Below, one piece after another: positions 54,723 to 61,629 of a DNA stretch of 64,000 bases. This stretch comes from a virus. Its lineage: Duplodnaviria; Caudoviricetes. The stretch lies in IMG/VR virus record IMGVR_UViG_3300024297_000001; one strand, 5' to 3'. Numbering within the stretch: position 1 is the stretch's first letter; each line of letters starts with the position of its first letter. Position numbers and translations under genes: made by a program. The notes beneath the pieces were generated by a model, which was not told the DNA's origin, made no database searches, and saw only the letters and a program-made list of their open reading frames with translations.

Positions 54723-57397
54723 TATTCTTCACCTCCAAAGTCAAACAAGTTGTTAAATGTATTCTTTTGTTTTGTACTTTCTAAGTCATAGTTTAGCGGA
54801 CCAATCAAGTTACCCAACTTGTTATCAATGATTGTTTCTTCCATAGCATCACCATCGAATGGTAGTTCCTTAAACCATTCTGGCAAGTGTAATTCATCTA
54901 CAGGATATGCTACACTTGTATAACCCATTGGATTCTGTTTTAGTTTACAAACAATAACTTTCATACCATCTACAATCTCTTGACTGTATTTGTCACTGTT
55001 CATACGTTTTAATGTGTTCCAGTTAATACTTGCTCGAACGTGTCCGGGCATATTTGCTTTGCCTTGTTTCTGTTCAAGTTTCTGATAATGTCCAATCTTG
55101 TTTGCACGTTTCGGACTACCTTTTTCATGTCCTGGACGACTCTTAAAGTCTGTTCTAAATTCTGCAATGCTGTCAAGTATTTCATCTTCTGTGCCTTTTT
55201 GTAATACTTTAAGCAGTACTTCGCTCAAGAAGTCTTGCATAAACACAGGAGTATCAGAACGTTTTAGATCAAGACCCATTGCTTTTACTTTGCCTGGCTT
55301 ACCATCTACATCACGTCTTGTACCTTCATCATCATACACAAGAATTGCATAACGTTTCTTTGTAATAAACAATCCGCTTTCGCCAACAATCTCTCTACCT
55401 GCCGCGATAACATCTGATCTGCTCTTTGGACAATGGAAAGTATCTAACATAAACTTACCAAATGATTTGTTTGCTTCATCACAAACTTGTTCATATAGTT
55501 GTACTACACTTTCTTTAGTCCAAGGAATACTACCTTTATCTATTTCGTCTTTTAGTATTGGATATGCACTAAAGTACACAGAGTCTGTGTCTCCGTAAAT
55601 TATACTCTTACCTACGTAATTGTATTCACCTGTAATAACTTTGTTTACTTCTGCACTCATGTGTTTAACAATTTGTCTACCTGTTAGTGTTGTACTTTGA
55701 CCAATACGTCCATCAAAGAATCTACAACCAGGATTAAGAATAGCACCATATAAACTATTTAGGTTAATCTTCTTAACAAGTTGTCTTTTATCCCAAAATT
55801 CTATTTCTGCTTTGTTCTCTGCGGCCAATGCCTTTTTCTTCATAGCCTGCATTTCTTTACGTTCACTGTACCAACGTTTAAGTAGTCCAGGAATAACACC
55901 TTCAAACTCTGTTGTAAAGATTGTACCGTTAGCACTGATCATCCACGGCTTGTTGCTATTAAAGATAACTTCATGTATTTGTGCACCACTCATTACGTCT
56001 GACTCGCCATTCTCCCAGTCAACTGTAATGCTGATGTCTCTACGTTTTTCCATGACAGCATCAAACTCGATAGTACCGAATCTACCTTCCCATGCCGCGG
56101 CAAAACTCTTTTTCTTTAGACCCATTTGTTCACCAACATATTTGTTAGTGTGTTCTGGACGAAGTTGTCCTATAACAGTTGCTGGATCCATATTCAAACT
56201 TCTAATAACAGATGGATACAGTGAATTCAAGTCCATTGATCCAATCCATTCATGTACGCCTACCTTAGGATATGCAACATAGGCACCCGCCGCTGGCTCT
56301 GAGCCTGGCTCACGTTTTATTCTATTAGGAACTTGTTGTCCACGTCTGTGTGCTTCATTAATAATTGCTTGTTCTGTAACTGCGACAGCACCCATAGTGG
56401 TCTGTAGCAAAACAGTATTTGCATGAGCAAGTTCGTTACTAAGATCAATAAACCTTAGTTTTTTGTCCAACTTGTCCAGTAGTGCAACGTCTTGTCTGTT
56501 GTACTCAATGAACGTTCTGAAGTCATTGTTATAAAGGGCATCGAGTGTACCTTCGTACACAGTTTTCGTTTCGCCAACTTCCATTTCACCAATGGCATCA
56601 AGTCTGTAAGTGTGTCTTTCTTCATACGTATATTTACGATATAATTCCAAACTATCTAAATGCACTCTACCTATTAGGTCATAGGTTTCTTGTTGTCTAC
56701 CAAACTTTTCATATTCTCTTTTCTTAGGAAACTGATCAAACAAACAAAAACGTCTTGTGTCATCTTTGCTTAATACTTTTGCTACACGGTTAACAGTATA
56801 TGGAATATCATAACCTTCACTGTTCCAACCTGTAATAATATCACTGTCTTGTATTAGATCAAGGAATGTTTTTAACATATCTCTTTCATCTGCAAACAAG
56901 TGTGTGTTAGGGAATTCTTTACATTGCTCTTGTGCTTCTTCCATTGTAAGTGTCTTAGGCGGTACTGCAAGTGTTACAAGTGTATCAAGCCACTGTAGGT
57001 GTACGGAAATAGCAGTAATAGGCATAAACGGATCACTTGGATCAGCGAAGCCTCGCTCTGGATCATAGTCTGTCTCAATATCAAAAAATGCTACGTTTAG
57101 TTTAGGAGCATCTTGATTAAGATAGTTTTCACTTAAACATTGAAAGATAGGATTAATATCGCTTTCAAACAATTTCTTGTTTTTATTAATTGCTTGTTCT
57201 TTACGAAAGTCTTTTGTATTCTTGGATACAATTCTACTTAATGGATCACCGTAAATACTTCTGTACTTACCTCGTTGATCTTCATAATAGAAAGTATATT
57301 TTACAGGGTATTCAGCAAACTGACGTTTGCCGTCTTTTCGTTCTACAACACGAATAATATCTGCGTTGCGATCAAAGTGTGCGTCTACATAACTCAT
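54722..57397 (-). CDS. gp43: Family B DNA polymerase (T4 gp43-like)
   Basis: Exo I FDIETD, Exo II WNSEGYD, Exo III YNRQD, DLNSLYPS, KINLNSLYG, YGDTDS; uninterrupted 891 aa. Confidence 0.97.
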   Translation of the reverse strand: MSYVDAHFDRNADIIRVVERKDGKRQFAEYPVKYTFYYEDQRGKYRSIYGDPLSRIVSKNTKDFRKEQAINKNKKLFESDINPIFQCLSENYLNQDAPKLNVAFFDIETDYDPERGFADPSDPFMPITAISVHLQWLDTLVTLAVPPKTLTMEEAQEQCKEFPNTHLFADERDMLKTFLDLIQDSDIITGWNSEGYDIPYTVNRVAKVLSKDDTRRFCLFDQFPKKREYEKFGRQQETYDLIGRVHLDSLELYRKYTYEERHTYRLDAIGEMEVGETKTVYEGTLDALYNNDFRTFIEYNRQDVALLDKLDKKLRFIDLSNELAHANTVLLQTTMGAVAVTEQAIINEAHRRGQQVPNRIKREPGSEPAAGAYVAYPKVGVHEWIGSMDLNSLYPSVIRSLNMDPATVIGQLRPEHTNKYVGEQMGLKKKSFAAAWEGRFGTIEFDAVMEKRRDISITVDWENGESDVMSGAQIHEVIFNSNKPWMISANGTIFTTEFEGVIPGLLKRWYSERKEMQAMKKKALAAENKAEIEFWDKRQLVKKINLNSLYGAILNPGCRFFDGRIGQSTTLTGRQIVKHMSAEVNKVITGEYNYVGKSIIYGDTDSVYFSAYPILKDEIDKGSIPWTKESVVQLYEQVCDEANKSFGKFMLDTFHCPKSRSDVIAAGREIVGESGLFITKKRYAILVYDDEGTRRDVDGKPGKVKAMGLDLKRSDTPVFMQDFLSEVLLKVLQKGTEDEILDSIAEFRTDFKSRPGHEKGSPKRANKIGHYQKLEQKQGKANMPGHVRASINWNTLKRMNSDKYSQEIVDGMKVIVCKLKQNPMGYTSVAYPVDELHLPEWFKELPFDGDAMEETIIDNKLGNLIGPLNYDLESTKQKNTFNNLFDFGGEE

Positions 57398-57409
57398 TCA
57401 TTCTCCTCT

Positions 57410-57427
57410 TGTCCTTTGCGGCGGACA
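57410..57427 (-). promoter_or_regulatory. 5-bp stem/8-nt loop hairpin directly 5' of the polymerase SD (possible translational operator)
   Basis: Minus strand TGTCC-GCCGCAAA-GGACA, then AGAGGAG, then ATG 57397. Confidence 0.4.
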
Positions 57428-57444
57428 TATACCAATTGTTTCGT

Positions 57445-57705
57445 TTATTGGCCGAAAAAACCATCTTGTATAAGACCTGCAATATATATTATTGTAAGTC
57501 CTGCGTTTAAAATAATCAACGACTTTTCTTTCCAAAGTACTCCAACAAGTACCCAAATACTATTTGCAATAGTAAATGCGTAACTATACCAAGGATACAT
57601 ATTGAAAGCGGCCATTGTTGCGGCTATCAATAATACTGTTGTCCCTGTCCATGCTAACCATTGATATGGTTTAACCTGTATATCGTTTGTTTCTAAAGTA
57701 CTCAT
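57445..57705 (-). CDS. Small 3-TM membrane protein (half-transporter-like)
   Basis: WLAW.GT..L...; YPW...AN.IW..VG.LWKEKSLI.LN; three hydrophobic helices. Confidence 0.65.
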   Translation of the reverse strand: MSTLETNDIQVKPYQWLAWTGTTVLLIAATMAAFNMYPWYSYAFTIANSIWVLVGVLWKEKSLIILNAGLTIIYIAGLIQDGFFGQ

Positions 57706-57982
57706 CTGCGTTTTGTGCCTTGTCATCTATCCAAATATCGTAGTGTGGTTTGTGAAATCTAACACTTGTATATTCTACTCCCCACTCTTCTAATTGCCTA
57801 ACTGTAAACTGTGACCAATCTTTGTGCGAGTTTGCACCCCGAGCAGTCCAATAGTGTACCTCATTGCCTTGTGCCAAAAGTTCATTAAAATACTTAATTC
57901 GCTCTTTATTGGGAACACTATTTTCATAATTACTGTTAACAGTATAACATATAGTCCCGTCGATGTCAACCATATATTTCAA
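57671..57982 (-). CDS. Minimal HAD phosphatase (capsule-biosynthesis-phosphatase-like)
   Basis: YMVDIDGTIC (DxD), WTARG, KPHYDIWIDDKA. Confidence 0.85.
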   Translation of the reverse strand: MKYMVDIDGTICYTVNSNYENSVPNKERIKYFNELLAQGNEVHYWTARGANSHKDWSQFTVRQLEEWGVEYTSVRFHKPHYDIWIDDKAQNADEYFRNKRYTG

Positions 57983-58491
57983 TATTTTGACTCCTTAGGT
58001 TCTTCAAAAAAGTGTTTGTCACCCATTGCTTCTCGTATCTTTCTGAATATCATATTATGCGGATATGTTTTGTAATAATCCGTTTGGTATAGTTTTTCGC
58101 TTGCCTTTTTAGTTTCTGTAATCTTTTGTATAATGAATAGCCTAATTGTTGGATCGTTTAGTTCATTTTTATAATGATCATAATTATATTCAATAAACAA
58201 CAAATCCCTGTCTACAAAGTATTGTGTTTTACACAAACCAATTAAATCTTGTCCTTCATTTCTATCTTGAACTCCATGCAATACAATTAACAATCCGTGT
58301 AAGTTATCTTCATAAGGAAAGTTAATCATGTGCTTCATGATATCCATATATTGGTCTGTGTGAATTACTGGTACTTTCGAACTGTATGCCCAAGGACATC
58401 TTGCCACTGAGCCATCTGTTGGTTGAGATAATTCTTTAAGGTGTATCTCTAACCAATCATCAATTCGTTTTTTATCTTCTTCTAATACCAT
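57979..58491 (-). CDS. Hypothetical protein
   Basis: ORF with TAATG coupling; ARCPWA motif. Confidence 0.6.
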   Translation of the reverse strand: MVLEEDKKRIDDWLEIHLKELSQPTDGSVARCPWAYSSKVPVIHTDQYMDIMKHMINFPYEDNLHGLLIVLHGVQDRNEGQDLIGLCKTQYFVDRDLLFIEYNYDHYKNELNDPTIRLFIIQKITETKKASEKLYQTDYYKTYPHNMIFRKIREAMGDKHFFEEPKESKY

Positions 58492-58772
58492 TAGTACCAA
58501 CCTGCGGCTACTCCGTATCCAAATATATTAACGCATACGAACCAACCTGTTATTAACATTACCCAAGCGGCACCTCTACGATAAGATGCATAGCATTGTG
58601 TTGTACTACCAACAAAAAATGCAGGATAAACTAATAACATATTAGGTTCTTTGGCTGTTATTGCCAGCGTCATACTTGCGCCGACTGTAAAAATAAAACT
58701 GACAAGTTCGAATGAAAATGCAATCTTATCTGATTTGTAACTGTTAATCCAAAAGTCTTTTATCTTTTGCAT
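58491..58772 (-). CDS. Small 3-TM membrane protein
   Basis: 93 aa, three hydrophobic segments; resembles 8253 and 57445. Confidence 0.65.
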   Translation of the reverse strand: MQKIKDFWINSYKSDKIAFSFELVSFIFTVGASMTLAITAKEPNMLLVYPAFFVGSTTQCYASYRRGAAWVMLITGWFVCVNIFGYGVAAGWY

Positions 58773-59032
58773 TACTTGTCTTTGCCGACTGTGACAACAA
58801 GTGTTTCAAGATCATCAAATTCATCAGCAACTTTATGCCAATCTTGTTTGTGTGCAATCTTAATTGCCTTGTTGATCAATGCAGGCTTAATGTCTAATTC
58901 TTGAGCAACTGCTTTTACAGTTTCTCTTAGACCTTCTTGCAAGTCTTCGACTTCTCTAAGAACAGTAGCACCTTCATTTACCAATCTTTCAAGTTTGGCT
59001 TTTTCGTCACCACCATAAGTTCTGTCTGACAT
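58772..59032 (-). CDS. Small DNA-binding protein (T4 DsbA-like)
   Basis: 86 aa helical protein, L.E.VKAVAQELDIKPALINKAIKIAHK; strong early promoter and SD AGGAG. Confidence 0.5.
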   Translation of the reverse strand: MSDRTYGGDEKAKLERLVNEGATVLREVEDLQEGLRETVKAVAQELDIKPALINKAIKIAHKQDWHKVADEFDDLETLVVTVGKDK

Positions 59033-59064
59033 AAATCATCTCCTAAGTTTAAATTATGTTTTAT

Positions 59065-59093
59065 ATTATATATTCGTTAGATACAGAAGTCAA
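59065..59093 (-). promoter_or_regulatory. sigma70 promoter TTGACT-17-TATAAT
   Basis: Near-perfect; intergenic. Confidence 0.7.
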
Positions 59094-59105
59094 CTGTTAA
59101 TGTGA

Positions 59106-59756
59106 CTACGTGTCCAAAGTTTCGTCTTTTGATTTGTATGCCCAATCGTCAGTGTGTCCTACTGACCATTTTGGTGTGTTTTCAACTGTGTAGTTTTGAG
59201 TACATACTTTGAAGTCTGGTGTTAGTCTGTTTGGATTTACAAGGCTTTGGTCTGTGAATACAGTTCTATTATTTGGTTGTGCGGCAAACTGTCCGTTGTC
59301 TAATTTAATAACATTAAACGTCTTATGCTCTGGATCGTGTTCGCTAAAATTAATATCAAGTGTTGAGTGTTGTGCATGACACGTATCAAGTGTAAACATA
59401 TATTCGCCTTTGTGCATCTTTCTGTCCTTGCCAAAAAACTCACAATCGCATAGTAAAGGTTTTTTAATTAGTGTAATGTCGTAATCAAAACAATCCCATA
59501 TTTGTAATGTGTCTAAAGGAAGTTGATCTTCTGGATTGAAATCTTCTTTCCATACAAATGCTGAGATAGGAAGTTTGTCATACAATGCTCCATACTCTGT
59601 TAGCAGTGTTTCAAAATATAATGCTTTGGATTGAATGCTTCTTATTGAGATCCATACACCTGGAGTAAGTTCTCCGTGGCCCTTCTGGTGATCATATAGA
59701 TACTCTTTTTTAACATATACTTCTACAGGTGGTAGGTTATGTACTAAGAAAGCCAT
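59106..59756 (-). CDS. Hypothetical protein (216 aa)
   Basis: SD AGAGG, upstream TATAAATA; no recognised function. Confidence 0.75.
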   Translation of the reverse strand: MAFLVHNLPPVEVYVKKEYLYDHQKGHGELTPGVWISIRSIQSKALYFETLLTEYGALYDKLPISAFVWKEDFNPEDQLPLDTLQIWDCFDYDITLIKKPLLCDCEFFGKDRKMHKGEYMFTLDTCHAQHSTLDINFSEHDPEHKTFNVIKLDNGQFAAQPNNRTVFTDQSLVNPNRLTPDFKVCTQNYTVENTPKWSVGHTDDWAYKSKDETLDT

Positions 59757-59785
59757 ATGGATCCTCTGTTAAATTTGTTACTGAG

Positions 59786-59793
59786 TATTTATA
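59786..59793 (-). promoter_or_regulatory. Perfect T4 late box TATAAATA
   Basis: Intergenic, upstream of 59756. Confidence 0.65.
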
Positions 59794-59826
59794 TGAAAGT
59801 GTTAGAGTGGAAGGTAGTTTAGTGAA

Positions 59827-60435
59827 CTACATCTTAACGCAGTTGTCCACAGTTTTACCACCTTTTTTCTTTGTACCCATTCGCTTGTAGCCTTTCCAGC
59901 ATACCTTGCCGTCAACGCCTTTTTGCTTTTCTTCTGGGAGTGTAGTGTAACTTGGATTACCACATTCTGAACAGTTAGACTTTTCAGCAAGTTTGCTTTC
60001 AAGTACTTGTGCTAAAGATTCTTTGTAATCTTTTTTCTTTTCGTCTTTAGTATCTTTACCATTCTTCTTTGCTAATGCGTCAATAGCCGCTTGTGGCATT
60101 TTGCCTTCTTTAGCAACGTCTTCTTTTTTCTTTTTGCTACCACGATCGTGATTGTATTTTTCTGTAGTTTGTTTTGCTTCTTGAACTTCGTCAAACTTTT
60201 GCTCGTAGTCCATATGGTGATAAACTGAACCCATATAGTCTGCGGCTTTAGTAATTTTTGATTGCACCCAACCTTCAAGTCCTTCACGCTCTTCTACGCC
60301 TTTAAGCATCTCGTGCATCTTAATTGCATACTTGGCAATCTTGTATAGTTCTGCACGTGCCATTTGCACTTCGTGATCTGATTCAGCCTTGTAGGCTAAA
60401 TCTGCTAAACCTTCTTTAAGTTGTTTTGCTTTCAT
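59827..60435 (-). CDS. Lys-rich modular protein, probable internal head protein
   Basis: N-terminus MKAKQLKE; modules HEVQMAR...WVQSKITKAADY and CWKGYKRMGTKKKGGKTVDNCV; late box upstream. Confidence 0.6.
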   Translation of the reverse strand: MKAKQLKEGLADLAYKAESDHEVQMARAELYKIAKYAIKMHEMLKGVEEREGLEGWVQSKITKAADYMGSVYHHMDYEQKFDEVQEAKQTTEKYNHDRGSKKKKEDVAKEGKMPQAAIDALAKKNGKDTKDEKKKDYKESLAQVLESKLAEKSNCSECGNPSYTTLPEEKQKGVDGKVCWKGYKRMGTKKKGGKTVDNCVKM

Positions 60436-60440
60436 AATAG

Positions 60441-60448
60441 TATTTACC
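60441..60448 (-). promoter_or_regulatory. Late-type box GGTAAATA, 5 nt before ATG 60435
   Basis: GGTAAATA-CTATT-ATG. Confidence 0.6.
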
Positions 60449-61418
60449 TTCTAACTGTTGCTCCGCCCATCAAATTATCTTTGATATCAAGAGCGTTTTC
60501 TGCTGTACCGTCTGCCTTTTTCTTCTGTGGTGCTTTAGGTAATCCTTTTGAGTCTTTAGGTCTTTGACCTTTTGCTTGAGCAGGGTTGGCTACTGATGCA
60601 ATATTACCAGCGGAAGTTGCTCCTGCTGTTGCAAATTCGTTAATACCTGCAAGTTTTTTTAATTCTTCTGAGTATGCTGTTTGTGGAGTACTTGCTTTAG
60701 AAACTATACCTGCAAGTTGCTTAATAGCATCTACTTCAGCATCTTCTTTGTATCCTTTATCTTTTCCTTCTTTGTCTAACTCGTACTTCTTTTTCATTAA
60801 CTCTTTTTTAAGTTCATCGTCTTTGTGCGTGTTAGGATCCATTTGGATATCTTGTAGTGCTTTTTTCTTTGCTTGGTAATCATCTTTGTTTTTAGCCATG
60901 TCTTCTTGTGCAACATCTTCTGCCGGAGCCGCACCTTTTTCTGCTTGTTTAACAAGCATCATAAATTTTTGTCTTAGTTGTTGATTACCTAAAATAGTAG
61001 TTAACTGTTTTGCAAATGGAGCAATCTGTTTAGAAAGTGCACCTGTCATTGCGCCACCTGATGCAAGTTTATCTAAACCCTTTGCCATCATTGCGCCTGA
61101 TCCGCCTTTTGCTCCCATAGCGTTTGCCGCCATCTTAGAACCTTGAGCAGTCTTTGCCGCCGCCTGTTTATCACCGCCGGAAGCCATACCAGCAACTTTA
61201 CCTGCAACGCCACCTTGTTGTTGTGCCGCCGCTTTAACATCACCTTTAGATGCTCCTGTAGCGCCTGCTACTGCACCTACGGCCATATCAGCACCTTTTT
61301 GTGCTACTTTGCCAGCCGCCGACTTAACTGCACCTGCCGCCTTCTGAGCACCTGTTTTCACAGCGGTTAACGGATTTTCAGTTACTACTGTTGATTCTGT
61401 AATTTCTCTCAGTTTCAT
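60444..61418 (-). CDS. Ala/Gly/Lys-rich modular protein, probable internal head protein
   Basis: N-terminus MKLREITE; low-complexity AGK region; KQLAG and ELKKLAG motifs. Confidence 0.6.
   Translation of the reverse strand: MKLREITESTVVTENPLTAVKTGAQKAAGAVKSAAGKVAQKGADMAVGAVAGATGASKGDVKAAAQQQGGVAGKVAGMASGGDKQAAAKTAQGSKMAANAMGAKGGSGAMMAKGLDKLASGGAMTGALSKQIAPFAKQLTTILGNQQLRQKFMMLVKQAEKGAAPAEDVAQEDMAKNKDDYQAKKKALQDIQMDPNTHKDDELKKELMKKKYELDKEGKDKGYKEDAEVDAIKQLAGIVSKASTPQTAYSEELKKLAGINEFATAGATSAGNIASVANPAQAKGQRPKDSKGLPKAPQKKKADGTAENALDIKDNLMGGATVRR
60645..60659. repeat. Dispersed coding repeat ACCTGCAAGTTTTTT (KKLAG motif)
   Basis: Identical 15-mer at 63956-63970; 11-mer ACCTGCAAGTT at 60708-60718. 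Confidence 0.6.
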
Positions 61419-61422
61419 ACTA

Positions 61423-61629
61423 CTATTTACCTTTTTTCTTTCGTCCGCCCTTCATGTTGGCGCACCAATGATACATCTTAGCCTTCTCTCCAGATGCGTT
61501 TTTAGCCTTCTTACGCAATGATGTTACGCTACCATTACAACTTGCACCCGATTTTTTGACTCTTCCGGGCCTACTTTTGCCCTTCTTTTTGCCATCAGCA
61601 AAGTTTTCAACTATTTCTAATACTCTCAT
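61423..61629 (-). CDS. Small basic protein, probable internal head protein
   Basis: N-terminus MRVLEIVE; very Lys/Arg-rich 68 aa. Confidence 0.6.
   Translation of the reverse strand: MRVLEIVENFADGKKKGKSRPGRVKKSGASCNGSVTSLRKKAKNASGEKAKMYHWCANMKGGRKKKGK
61424..61431 (-). promoter_or_regulatory. Late-type box GGTAAATA, 5 nt before ATG 61418
   Basis: GGTAAATA-GTAGT-ATG. Confidence 0.6.

Noticed and set aside
54722-57397. Intein or intron in the DNA polymerase
   Set aside because: The ORF is a continuous 891 aa with normally spaced motifs and no splice-junction (C...HN-S/C/T) or homing endonuclease signature.
60444-61418. Tandem DNA repeat in the Ala/Gly/Lys-rich region
   Set aside because: It is low-complexity protein coding without a regular nucleotide period.
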